NCBI GenBank assembly: GCA_965224015.1
Contig: OZ245032.1
Span: 1,516,354-1,580,353 of the forward strand
From: Hyphomicrobiales bacterium
GTDB lineage: Bacteria; Pseudomonadota; Alphaproteobacteria; Rhizobiales; CBDCVD01
Length of the DNA stretch: 64,000 bases
Direction of reading: 5' to 3'
Below are positions 27,941 through 36,532 of this stretch, one piece after another. The translations under genes and the position numbers were made by a program. Position 1 is the stretch's first letter. The number at the start of each line of letters is the position of its first letter. The notes beneath the pieces were generated by a model that was given only the letters and a program-made list of their open reading frames with translations, had not been told where the DNA came from and searched no databases.

Positions 27941-29074
27941 ATGAAGTTCTGGCTCATTGTCGCAACCTGTTGTTTGTGTGGGGTGGCGTTTGCAAAAAGC
28001 GCGCAAGCGCGTGATAGAACCAGCAAGACTGTTGGCCCTGCGCAAATTACCGCCTCGCGGCCACAACTGGTTTTCAACGTTGACACAGGGGCTGTGATCC
28101 GTGCGCGTCATGTGAACCAGAGCTGGTATCCCGCATCACTTACCAAATTGATGACCGCCTATGTGACGTTCGAGGCGATCAAAAGCCGAGCTCTCAAGCC
28201 CGGCGATCGGGTGCGCGTGTCCAAGCGCGCGCATAATCAGCCGCCAAGCCGAACGGGTCTTTCCGTGGGAGTCGAGGTCCGTGTGCAGGACGCGCTGAAG
28301 CTCCTCATTGTCAAATCGGCCAATGATATTGCTGTGGCTTTGGCTGAGCGAGTGGCGGGCAGTGAGGCCGCATTTGTTGGACGTATGAACCAGGCCGCGG
28401 CACGCCTTGGCATGAACAACACGCGCTTTATCAACCCCCATGGGCTTCCGGGCAAGGGGCAATATACCACAGCCCACGACCTCGGACTGCTGGCACGGGC
28501 GCTCCTTCGCGATTATCCGCAACACGCAAGTCTGTTTGCCCTATCAGCTGTTGCGCTGGACGATAAAGTTCTGCGCTCTCACAACAGTCTGCTGTTGACC
28601 TATCCAGGGGCTACGGGAATGAAGACCGGGTTTATCTGTGCTGCGGGCTATAACCTTGTCGCTAGCGCGCGGCGCGGCCGCACCCACATTGTTGCTATCG
28701 TCCTGGGTGCAGATGGTCCGATTGCACGGGAGAGAATGGCAGAAAAATTACTGGATCTTGGCTTCAGCAAGCCGCGGCGAACGGGTGTGACGTTGGCGCG
28801 CCTGCGATTTTCCACAAATGCGCCCACCCAAACGTCTGTCCGCCCGCCAAATTTGCGCGCACGGATCTGCTCTGCGGAAATGGCCGCCAGGCGCAAGGCT
28901 GCACGCAAAGCCAAACAGGATGCCATTTTCAAGGCCCTTGTTTATCCCGCGCGTCCTGCCGAAGTTTCCAGATTTTCAGGTCTTTCAGCATTCATCAGTG
29001 CGAACCGCCACATATTCGGTAACCGGCGATTATCGCAACTGGCGCGCATCAAAGTGTATGAGGCGGACAGATGA
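27941..29074 (+). CDS. Serine-type D-Ala-D-Ala carboxypeptidase (PBP5/6-like)
   Basis: Signal peptide MKFWLIVATCCLCGVAFA, SxxK motif ASLTKLMT, SxN (SANDIAVAL) and KTG (GMKTGF). Confidence 0.75.
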   Translation: MKFWLIVATCCLCGVAFAKSAQARDRTSKTVGPAQITASRPQLVFNVDTGAVIRARHVNQSWYPASLTKLMTAYVTFEAIKSRALKPGDRVRVSKRAHNQPPSRTGLSVGVEVRVQDALKLLIVKSANDIAVALAERVAGSEAAFVGRMNQAAARLGMNNTRFINPHGLPGKGQYTTAHDLGLLARALLRDYPQHASLFALSAVALDDKVLRSHNSLLLTYPGATGMKTGFICAAGYNLVASARRGRTHIVAIVLGADGPIARERMAEKLLDLGFSKPRRTGVTLARLRFSTNAPTQTSVRPPNLRARICSAEMAARRKAARKAKQDAIFKALVYPARPAEVSRFSGLSAFISANRHIFGNRRLSQLARIKVYEADR

Positions 29075-30126
29075 ACAGACGCTCCCACCGAATTATCAAG
29101 GATGTAAGGAGACTTGCCGTGAAAGCCTATGTAGTGGACAGTTATGGCCAAGATGCCCGCTTTCGTGAAGTTCAGATTGCAGAACCCACCTTAAAACCGG
29201 GTCATGTCATCATCGACGTGAAGGCCAGCAGTCTTAACCCGGTTGATCACAAAATCCTCACCCTTGATGTGCCTGTTCGTCCCGAACCTCCGGCTATTCT
29301 GCATATGGATGTGGCAGGCATTGTCAGCCAGGTCGGCGAGGGCGTAAGCGGATTTAAAATCGGAGACGCGGTTTATGGATGCGCTGGAGGCTTGCAGGGA
29401 GCAGGCGGCAAAATCGACGGAGCCCTGGCCGACTTTATGCTCGCCGATGCCTCTTTGTTGGCGCAAAAGCCAAAAAGCCTGGACTTTGCCACGAGCGCAG
29501 CTCTGCCCCTTGTCAGCATCACCGCCTGGCAAGCCCTCATGGATCGGGTGAACATCGGTCCTGACGATCGCGTTCTCGTCCACGCGGCTACCGGCGGCGT
29601 GGGCCATATTGGCGCGCAACTGGCAAAGCAGGCCGGTGCGCAGGTGTTTGCCACGGTGTCAACGCCGGAGAAAGCCGCTCTGGCCAAAAGCCTCGGCCTT
29701 GAGGATGCAGAGCTTATCTATTATCGCGATGAACCTGTTGACCAGTATGTACAGCGTTTGACCAACGGCGAGGGTTTCGATGTGGTATTCGACACCTTGG
29801 GCGGCGACAATCTCGAGACTTCCATGCGCGGCGCGCGCAACTATGGGCAGGTCGTGGGCATAGTGGGTACGAACCGCTACGACCTCAGCACGGCCCATGC
29901 GAAAAGCCTGAGCCTGCACTTTGTGTTTATGCTTTTGCCCATGCTGACCGGTGTGGGGCGCGCCCATCACGGCTATATTTTAACTGAGATCGCCAAGCGG
30001 GTTGACCGGGGCGAGCTTAAGCCCCTCGTGCACCCGCAACACTTTACATTTTCGCAAGCCAACGAGGCGCACGCCCTTTACGCCCGCAACGGCCATACCG
30101 GCAAGATCGTCCTTGTGAACGCCTAG
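29071..30126 (+). CDS. Zinc-type alcohol dehydrogenase / quinone oxidoreductase (MDR superfamily)
   Basis: GroES-like N-terminal domain and the Rossmann motif AATGGVG. The true start may be a GTG near 29119 (VKAYVV). Confidence 0.65.
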   Translation: MNRRSHRIIKDVRRLAVKAYVVDSYGQDARFREVQIAEPTLKPGHVIIDVKASSLNPVDHKILTLDVPVRPEPPAILHMDVAGIVSQVGEGVSGFKIGDAVYGCAGGLQGAGGKIDGALADFMLADASLLAQKPKSLDFATSAALPLVSITAWQALMDRVNIGPDDRVLVHAATGGVGHIGAQLAKQAGAQVFATVSTPEKAALAKSLGLEDAELIYYRDEPVDQYVQRLTNGEGFDVVFDTLGGDNLETSMRGARNYGQVVGIVGTNRYDLSTAHAKSLSLHFVFMLLPMLTGVGRAHHGYILTEIAKRVDRGELKPLVHPQHFTFSQANEAHALYARNGHTGKIVLVNA

Positions 30127-30223
30127 GGCATCGGGCGTTTAAATTGCAGCAATAACCCTAGTTATGGATAAGGGACTTTTTCTCAGGTTTTATCGGTTCA
30201 TGTCTATACGAAAGGCGCTACCA

Positions 30224-30358
30224 GCCATTTATCTGATCATGAGCCCTGACCCCGGCGGCTGCGGTGTGTCAAGGGCTGCTCACGCGCCGCCTTTGGCGGT
30301 TCTTGAACCCTTGACACACAGCAAAGCCGCCGGAAAAAAGCAATGACCAGATAAATGG
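30224..30358. repeat. MITE-like palindromic element, family C, copy 1
   Basis: 16-bp terminal inverted repeats ccatttatctgatcat / atgaccagataaatgg with an internal hairpin tgtgtcaaggg...cccttgacacaca. A second copy lies at 32622..32754. Confidence 0.6.
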
Positions 30359-30371
30359 AAACGTCTATTTG

Positions 30372-30452
30372 CGACCTGGCCAGCCCACTCCCCCTCCCAA
30401 CCACCCATAGGGTACCGTTGTGCGGGTGGTTGGGAGGGGGAGTGGGCTGGTG
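30372..30452. repeat. Large perfect hairpin (26-bp arms) built from the family-D motif
   Basis: cagcccactccccctcccaaccaccc ...20 nt... gggtggttgggagggggagtgggctg. Confidence 0.6.
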
Positions 30453-30761
30453 ATGCCCGTTCATGGAGATGCACAAATGGCTTCACGGGCTGAAAAAGGA
30501 TAAAGAGGCCACAGTGCAAGGCCCCATTTTCGTCTTTCTCTTATCCGGAACCGGGGTTGTTGTTGCAAATTAAACGCCCGACGCTCACATCTAGAGGATT
30601 CGTATTCGTATCCCTGTTTAGGCTTGCAGGGCCGAGGAAAGTCATCTATAAACGTCGCCCCCAGCCAGAAGCGAGGCATGTTTAGCGGTCGGACTTCGTG
30701 AATGTCCGCTGGCGCAGGCGGCCCTGCCAGCCCTGTGTACCAAATGTGATCGCAGGCTGGG

Positions 30762-30833
30762 TGATTGATAGCTGAATGGTAGAAGCGGCGAACTAAGACT
30801 TCGCAATTATGGGTTCGAGTCCCATTCAATCAT
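30762..30833 (+). tRNA. tRNA-like sequence 1, probably a degenerate or pseudo tRNA (apparent anticodon AAG)
   Basis: Perfect 7-bp acceptor stem tgattga/tcaatca, T-arm atggg-ttcgagt-cccat, anticodon stem gcgaa/ttcgc. The D-arm is degenerate (gctg...aagc) and no CCA is encoded. Confidence 0.35.
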
Positions 30834-30904
30834 TGATGTAGCTCAATTGGTAGAGCATCAGATTAGGGATCTGAGGGTAGAGGGTTCGATTCCCTCCATC
30901 TCCA
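30832..30904 (+). tRNA. tRNA-like sequence 2, with a defective acceptor stem (apparent anticodon AGG)
   Basis: Canonical D-arm tagctcaattggtagagca, anticodon stem tcaga/tctga, T-arm gaggg-ttcgatt-ccctc. The acceptor pairs only 4 of 7 positions (attgatg vs catctcc). Its 5' end overlaps the 3' end of sequence 1. Confidence 0.35.
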
Positions 30905-31250
30905 TCCACAACCCTAAACCGGTTGTACGGATATGATGACTGGCGCGTCCTGGACGTGCTGGAATTGGGTGTCGGGATCGGCTTGCCGGACCAGCGCGCA
31001 ACCCGAGTGCCCGAGGGCGCCTGGGAAACGCCTGATTCGGTCATTACGCTGAGCCGGCCAATGGTGACGATCAGGACGGGGGCATTGCCAGCAGCGGGTG
31101 GCGCGCGGCGCTTGGCGCCGCCAAAACCTGATGTTCGCATGCCTTCCTCGCTGTTCCGCTCCCGGCGGCCTGTCAGGCGCAATGCCAGCCGACCCCGGCA
31201 TTCGCTATTGCGTCGCTTTTTGGCATGATTGGCAATTGGTGCATCGGATT

Positions 31251-31353
31251 ATACCAGCGGTATTGCCTTTATAGACACGCCGACTGGTGTACGGCCTTGA
31301 TAACATACTTGCTTGACGCTAAGCCATGAGTCATTGTTAAAGACCCTTGGTAT
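31251..31353 (+). repeat. MITE family A copy (103 bp, ATACCAGCGGTAT...ACCCTTGGTAT)
   Basis: Member of an 8-copy family with imperfect terminal inverted repeats ataccagcgg/cccttggtat. Confidence 0.8.
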
Positions 31354-31418
31354 TATAGCAAAATGCATTTAAGTGGAATGATCGGCACTCCCGTATTCTT
31401 CTCACATTTTGCTATAGA
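31353..31418. repeat. Family B palindromic element (tatagcaaaatgc...cattttgctata)
   Basis: Inverted ends tagcaaaatg/cattttgcta. At least 7 related copies in the window. Confidence 0.65.
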
Positions 31419-31429
31419 GGAATGAAGCC

Positions 31430-32572
31430 ATGAAATATAAACCGCTTTACCGAATCTTCGGTATCGAAAGCTTTATCGTCAACGAAAACGAGCGCGTTGT
31501 TGCACTCAAGAAAGGACGTTTCCGCGGCATTCTGGGCCCTGGCGAGCATCGTTTGGCCGGGTTCAGTAACGTTGAACTGGAGTGGCACACGTTGTCCGGC
31601 CATGTCTTCGACTCCGACTATGACACGGCACTTTTTCGCGTCGTGCCGCACGAAGCCAACAAGCACTTGACCGAGATCGTCACAGGAAAACATGAAGTTG
31701 GGGTAATATTCCGTGACGGTCGCTTCTATGGCGTGCAAAACCCGGACACCCGTCAGGTCGTCTGGAAGGACGCGGGACCGTGGACCGTCGAGCGCTATGA
31801 GGTTGCCGAGACTCCCGATGTTCCACCCCCCTTGGCGAAACGGTTGGCGCATAAAGCGGTGCCGGAAGAAATCGCCGACATAGAGATCGGCCATGGCAAG
31901 GTTGGCTTGCTGTTTGTTGATGGTGTCTACAAGCGTGAACTGCCGCCGGGGCGCCACATGTTTTGGAACGCCGGTCCCCTGGTTAAAGTCAAGCAGATCG
32001 ATACGCGCCAGCAGTCCCTTGATGTTAGCGGGCAAGAGGTTTTGACCAAGGATCGGGTCACGATACGCATTAACCTGACAGCACAGTACCGCATTGCCGA
32101 TCCGGTAAAGGCGGCTACCGAAATCGCTGACTTCGCCGATGCCCTTTACCGGGCGTTGCAGTTGGCATTCCGCAAGGCGCTCGGCGCCAAGACCCTCGAT
32201 CAGGTCCTGAGCGAGAAGGTCACCATCGACACCGAGGCGACCAAGAAGGTAGCCGCGAAAATGGCGGCCATTGGCATTGAACTTGGCGATATTACGTTGA
32301 AGGACGTTATTCTACCCGGGGAAATGCGTGACATTCTCAACCAGGTTGTCGCTGCTGAAAAGGAAGCGGAGGCGAATGTAATCCGTCGCCGTGAGGAGAC
32401 CAACGCCACCCGATCCCTGCTGAACACAGCCAAGGTCATGGCGGACAACCCGGTCATGTTGCGCTTGAAGGAACTTGAGGCCCTTGAGGCTATTGCTGGT
32501 AAGGTCGAGCGCCTAACGGTCAACAACGGCACAGATGGTCTCTTGAATGAGATCGCGCGCTTGCGGGACTAG
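31430..32572 (+). CDS. SPFH/band-7 (stomatin/prohibitin-like) domain protein with an extra N-terminal domain of about 130 aa and no obvious TM
   Basis: SPFH core QIDTRQQSLDVSGQEVLTKDRVTIRINLTAQYRIADPVKA, then a coiled-coil tail (EKEAEANVIRRREETNATR). The N-terminal region partly resembles a second degenerate SPFH start. Confidence 0.6.
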   Translation: MKYKPLYRIFGIESFIVNENERVVALKKGRFRGILGPGEHRLAGFSNVELEWHTLSGHVFDSDYDTALFRVVPHEANKHLTEIVTGKHEVGVIFRDGRFYGVQNPDTRQVVWKDAGPWTVERYEVAETPDVPPPLAKRLAHKAVPEEIADIEIGHGKVGLLFVDGVYKRELPPGRHMFWNAGPLVKVKQIDTRQQSLDVSGQEVLTKDRVTIRINLTAQYRIADPVKAATEIADFADALYRALQLAFRKALGAKTLDQVLSEKVTIDTEATKKVAAKMAAIGIELGDITLKDVILPGEMRDILNQVVAAEKEAEANVIRRREETNATRSLLNTAKVMADNPVMLRLKELEALEAIAGKVERLTVNNGTDGLLNEIARLRD

Positions 32573-32621
32573 ATGTGTAACGCCAAGAGGTTGTCCCTGG
32601 TAAATCCATCGGGTGCAGGTG

Positions 32622-32754
32622 GCCATTCGTCTGATCATGAGAGATGTTCGATTTCTCCCGCGTTGTCAAGGGCGCTTCGCGCCGCTTTCAGCGGTTTTTA
32701 AACCCTTGACAGCGCGGGAGAAATCGAAAAAAAAGCAATGATCAGATGAATGGT
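32622..32754. repeat. MITE-like palindromic element, family C, copy 2
   Basis: TIRs ccattcgtctgatcat / atgatcagatgaatgg with a 24-bp internal hairpin (cgatttctcccgcgttgtcaaggg...cccttgacagcgcgggagaaatcg). Confidence 0.6.
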
Positions 32755-32881
32755 CCGATATGGCCTTGCTGGCGGCAATGGCCGTAATAACACTGATTTC
32801 AGACCTGTCACCTTGAGAACAACTTATTGAAAGATTACAACTAGTGCATGTCAGCAAGGATCACAACAAAGGGATAGAGGC

Positions 32882-33676
32882 ATGAGCGAGGCCGCCCTAA
32901 ATGGCAAATGCGCCATCGTAACCGGATCGACCAGTGGTATAGGCGCGGCCATCGCCGAGGCCCTTTGCCGCACGGGTCTGAACGTGATGCTGAACGGGTT
33001 CGGCGAGGAGCAGGCGATCGCACAACAGCGCGAACACCTTCAGACCAGCTATGGCACCCAGGTCGGCTATCACGATGCTGACATGCGCGACCCCGATGCC
33101 ATAGCCCGGCTTGTCGCGCACACCCGCACCTCCATGGGCCCTGTCGATGTGATTGTGTGCAATGCCGGCATTCAGTTCGTGTCTCCCATTGAGGACTTTC
33201 CCGTTGAAAAATGGGAAGACATTATGGCCATCAATCTCTCAAGTGCATTTCATCTCGCCCGCCTGACCTTTGCCGATATGAAGGCGCGCCAATGGGGCCG
33301 GATTATCAATCTTGCATCTGCCCATGCCCTGGTAGCCTCGCCTTTCAAGAGCGCCTATGTGGCGGCAAAACACGGGTTACTGGGGCTAACAAGAACTCTT
33401 GCCTTGGAGGGGGCTGAGCACGGGATCACAGCCAATGCAATTTGCCCTGGCTATGTGCGCACCCCGTTGGTTGAAAAGCAAATTCCTGCAACCGCCGCCG
33501 CGCGCGGTATTAGCGAAGACAAAGTCGTACATGATGTGATGCTCGCGCCACAACCGACAAAGACATTTGTAAGTACGGACGAAGTTAGCGCCCTAACGGT
33601 CTTTCTCTTGTCCGATGCAGCGGCATCGATAACCGGCGCAGCCCTTCCCATAGACGGGGGCTGGACAGCGCATTAA
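32882..33676 (+). CDS. bdhA: 3-hydroxybutyrate dehydrogenase (SDR family)
   Basis: TGSTSGIG cofactor motif and catalytic YxxxK (YVAAKHG). Overall the sequence is typical of BdhA. Confidence 0.75.
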   Translation: MSEAALNGKCAIVTGSTSGIGAAIAEALCRTGLNVMLNGFGEEQAIAQQREHLQTSYGTQVGYHDADMRDPDAIARLVAHTRTSMGPVDVIVCNAGIQFVSPIEDFPVEKWEDIMAINLSSAFHLARLTFADMKARQWGRIINLASAHALVASPFKSAYVAAKHGLLGLTRTLALEGAEHGITANAICPGYVRTPLVEKQIPATAAARGISEDKVVHDVMLAPQPTKTFVSTDEVSALTVFLLSDAAASITGAALPIDGGWTAH

Positions 33677-33704
33677 GGACTGGTTCTATTACGATATGAC
33701 ACGC

Positions 33705-33788
33705 TCTAGATCAGCATGTGTTTATAGCAAAATCCGTTTAATTGGAAGCATGGGCATTGCCGTATTCTTCTCGCATTTTGCTATAAGT
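33705..33788. repeat. Family B palindromic element
   Basis: tctagatcagcatgtgtttatagcaaaatccg...cgtattcttctcgcattttgctata. Confidence 0.6.
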
Positions 33789-33792
33789 CATT

Positions 33793-34494
33793 TTGATGAA
33801 ACACGGCATGGATAACAAGCGACTGACCCCGGGCAAAAAGCGCTCCGAGTCGTCACGCCGCTGGCTGCGCCGCCAACTGAGTGATCCTTATGTAGCAAAG
33901 GCGCAGGCCCTGGGGTGGCGCTCGCGGGCGGCATTCAAGTTGCTCGAAATTGACGCCAAATATCATATTCTGACGCCAGGTGCCCGCGTAATCGACTTGG
34001 GCTCGGCACCCGGTGGATGGTGTCAGGTCGCTGCCCGTGCTGTCGGGTCAACACCTGATAGGCCCCTGATCATCGGCATTGATATTGTGGACATGGAGGC
34101 CATTGCCGGGGTTATGTTCATGCGCGCGGATTTTACTGAAAACGAAACCCCGGCGGCACTGAACAAAATGATCGATGGCGGCGTTGACGTGGTGCTGAGC
34201 GATATGGCGCAGCCGGCAACGGGGCACAAAAAAACTGACCATTTGCGCATCATGCATCTTTGCGAGTTGGCCGCGGACTTTGCCGGCAAGACGCTCAAGC
34301 CGGGAGGGCACTTTCTTGCCAAGGTGCTAAAGGGCGGCACCGAGACACAACTTCTGACCCGACTTAAGCGCGAGTACACCCGCGTGCATCATGTCAAGCC
34401 GCCGGCAAGCCGTAAGGGATCGGCGGAGGCCTATGTGCTCGCCCAGCACTTTCGCGGCAACCGGGAACAAGCACGCCAAGGCCACCAAGCATAA
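33793..34494 (+). CDS. rlmE: 23S rRNA (uridine-2'-O)-methyltransferase RlmE/FtsJ
   Basis: RSRAAFKLLEIDAKYHIL...DLGSAPGGWCQVA SAM-binding motifs of FtsJ. Confidence 0.75.
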   Translation: MMKHGMDNKRLTPGKKRSESSRRWLRRQLSDPYVAKAQALGWRSRAAFKLLEIDAKYHILTPGARVIDLGSAPGGWCQVAARAVGSTPDRPLIIGIDIVDMEAIAGVMFMRADFTENETPAALNKMIDGGVDVVLSDMAQPATGHKKTDHLRIMHLCELAADFAGKTLKPGGHFLAKVLKGGTETQLLTRLKREYTRVHHVKPPASRKGSAEAYVLAQHFRGNREQARQGHQA

Positions 34495-34556
34495 CCAGCA
34501 ACGTTGGCTTCGCTCTGGGGGTGGCCCGCGAGGGGGAGTGGGCAGGTCGATGCCCG

Positions 34557-34700
34557 CTATAGCAAAATGCGTTTAATTGGAATCATGAGCATTCAGCATT
34601 GTTTTTGCATTTTTTGCTATACATTTAGAGGGCGATCAGCTTTATGCGCTTAGCTGACCCCTGGCAAAATGGGTACACCTAAACCCATGCCGATCTAATG
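34557..34700. repeat. Family B composite palindromic element (module 1 + module 2)
   Basis: ctatagcaaaatgcgtttaattggaatcatgagcatt...cattttttgctata, then agagggcgatcagctttatgcgcttagctgacccctggcaaaatgggtaca. Confidence 0.65.
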
Positions 34701-34745
34701 GAGATACCCACAAGTCAGCGTGTACAAAAGCCAATACCGCCGGTA

Positions 34746-35258
34746 TTACCTGTCGCGCGTAAAGCCCTTCCAATTCGACGTGAAAATCGCGCCAATATTC
34801 ATTTTGTTGGCGGCCTGTTGCAACTCTTCAGGCACGGAGCCGCGGAATATAAACGGACCCGGCGTAGCAATTTGCACCAGTTGTGGAAAATACTTGGCCG
34901 CAACGCCGGAAAGGTGAAACGCCAGCGCCTCGCTGTTTTCGAAAACCTCGTGGATAACAATCTTTTCTCCGCCGTTGACGATCGATATTTCGTATTTCAA
35001 CAGGCCAGGCTCGTTGGCATTCAGGGCTTCACCCACCGCGTCATAAGCGCCGGCAAGCTGTGCGCTCATACCCGGCTTTGCTGTCCATACATAGGTCAGG
35101 TCGATTTCATCACCATCAGCGTGGGCATTGGTGCCGGCGAAAAAAACAACGGCCACCGCGACCAGCGTCAGAGAAATAACTTGCCTTATTGTCCGTTGCC
35201 ATATCATGGCGGACTTGATCTTACTGCCTTTCGTCATCAGTCTCTCCTTAAGTGACAA
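34746..35258 (-). CDS. Secreted hypothetical protein, possibly of the ABM/Dabb-like fold
   Basis: Signal peptide (VISLTLVAVAVVFFAGTNAHA). KYEISIVNGGEKIVIHEVFENSEALAFHLS resembles antibiotic-biosynthesis-monooxygenase domains. Confidence 0.4.
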   Translation of the reverse strand: MSLKERLMTKGSKIKSAMIWQRTIRQVISLTLVAVAVVFFAGTNAHADGDEIDLTYVWTAKPGMSAQLAGAYDAVGEALNANEPGLLKYEISIVNGGEKIVIHEVFENSEALAFHLSGVAAKYFPQLVQIATPGPFIFRGSVPEELQQAANKMNIGAIFTSNWKGFTRDR

Positions 35259-35436
35259 ATCGCATTACTGTATCTAATACCTGACACGCTCCAATAGAGA
35301 GGTCCATCCCATTCAGGGTTCGGGTATGGCCCTATTGAAGTTTCATACCATGTCGTGCATAATAGAACACGGTTTTGGACGATCAATAACCTTTCGTCCA
35401 TGATTCATGATAATTTGTCCGAAAGATACGAAATCA

Positions 35437-36378
35437 ATGGATGTTCTATCAAGCGTACTTAAAGGCCTTGAACCGCGCGGCCAGGTCTTTTGTCGCGGAG
35501 ATCTCAGCGCGCCTTGGGCGTTCTGTGGTGAGTTTGACCAACCGTTGTTTCATGCCTTTGTATCCGGCCAGGGATACGTTCTCTACCAGGACGGCCCCGC
35601 GGCGCCGGTTCAGGCCGGCGATATTGTTTTGCTGGTGCGCGGGGGAAAACAAACCCTGCTGAATGATCCATCGAGCGAGCCCAGGCCTTTCCATGAAGCC
35701 GTCTCATATCGTCAGGATGATCCTTTGGGAGAAATCTCGTTGGAGGGAGGTGGGGTCAGAACGCGAATCGTTTGCGGGACGTTCGCGTTCAGCGGCGCAC
35801 GCGATCATCCCCTTCTGCTGGCCTTGCCTGATGTTATCGTTGTGCGCTGCGGTCTGGCGGGCTGGCTCGAATCAACCCTTGGCCTTCTTTACGATGAGAT
35901 TTCCACCGGTAAGCCCGGAAGCGAACTCGTCGCTACCCGGTTGACCGAGATCCTGCTGGTGAGCGCGCTGCGCACATATATCGAACAGAACGCCGCGCAC
36001 GCAAGCGGTTTTCTGGCCGCACTCAGCGATGCCCACATTGGCCATGCATTGGCCCTGATTCATCAGGATCCGGCGCGCCGCTGGAGCGTTGCTGACCTGG
36101 CGCAACACGTGGGCATGTCGCGCTCGGCTTTTTATGCCCGGTTCACCAACCTTGTCAAACTCCCCCCTGCACAATACGTCACCAGCGTCGGGATGCAGCG
36201 TGCGGCCACCAGGCTCATTGAGGAAGTTCCCCGCCCCCTAATCGCAGATCTGGCAGGAGAATTGGGATATGGCTCCGAAAGCGCCTTCAGCCGTGCCTTT
36301 ACCCGCTATCACGGACACTCGCCGAGCGCTTTTCTCGCCCATGCGGCAAGCCAATCTCACAGCGGTTCGGTTCAGTGA
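35437..36378 (+). CDS. AraC-family transcriptional regulator (cupin-like N-terminus, HTH C-terminus)
   Basis: C-terminal AraC HTH (WSVADLAQHVGMSRSAFYARF...GYGSESAFSRAF). N-terminal MDVLSSVLKGL is typical of the cupin-type AraC subfamily. Confidence 0.7.
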   Translation: MDVLSSVLKGLEPRGQVFCRGDLSAPWAFCGEFDQPLFHAFVSGQGYVLYQDGPAAPVQAGDIVLLVRGGKQTLLNDPSSEPRPFHEAVSYRQDDPLGEISLEGGGVRTRIVCGTFAFSGARDHPLLLALPDVIVVRCGLAGWLESTLGLLYDEISTGKPGSELVATRLTEILLVSALRTYIEQNAAHASGFLAALSDAHIGHALALIHQDPARRWSVADLAQHVGMSRSAFYARFTNLVKLPPAQYVTSVGMQRAATRLIEEVPRPLIADLAGELGYGSESAFSRAFTRYHGHSPSAFLAHAASQSHSGSVQ

Positions 36379-36532
36379 ATTCACGCAAATGCGCTTCGTT
36401 ACACTTAACACAAAGCCGAAGGGCTTTTCACGTTTCGTCACGACCAGAGCGTGACAATGTGGCGATGTGGCAACGTGGCAATAATGCAAGTCGGCCGATG
36501 ACACAGGATCGGCCAATGAGACGGGACTGGCA

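Noticed and set aside
30762-30904. Considered that the two tRNA-like sequences are one tRNA interrupted by a group I intron (as in some alphaproteobacterial tRNA-Arg genes), or a permuted two-piece tmRNA
   Set aside because: The total span is only 143 nt, far below group I intron size. No tag-peptide reading frame or pseudoknot context is visible. Each half folds as its own, defective, cloverleaf.
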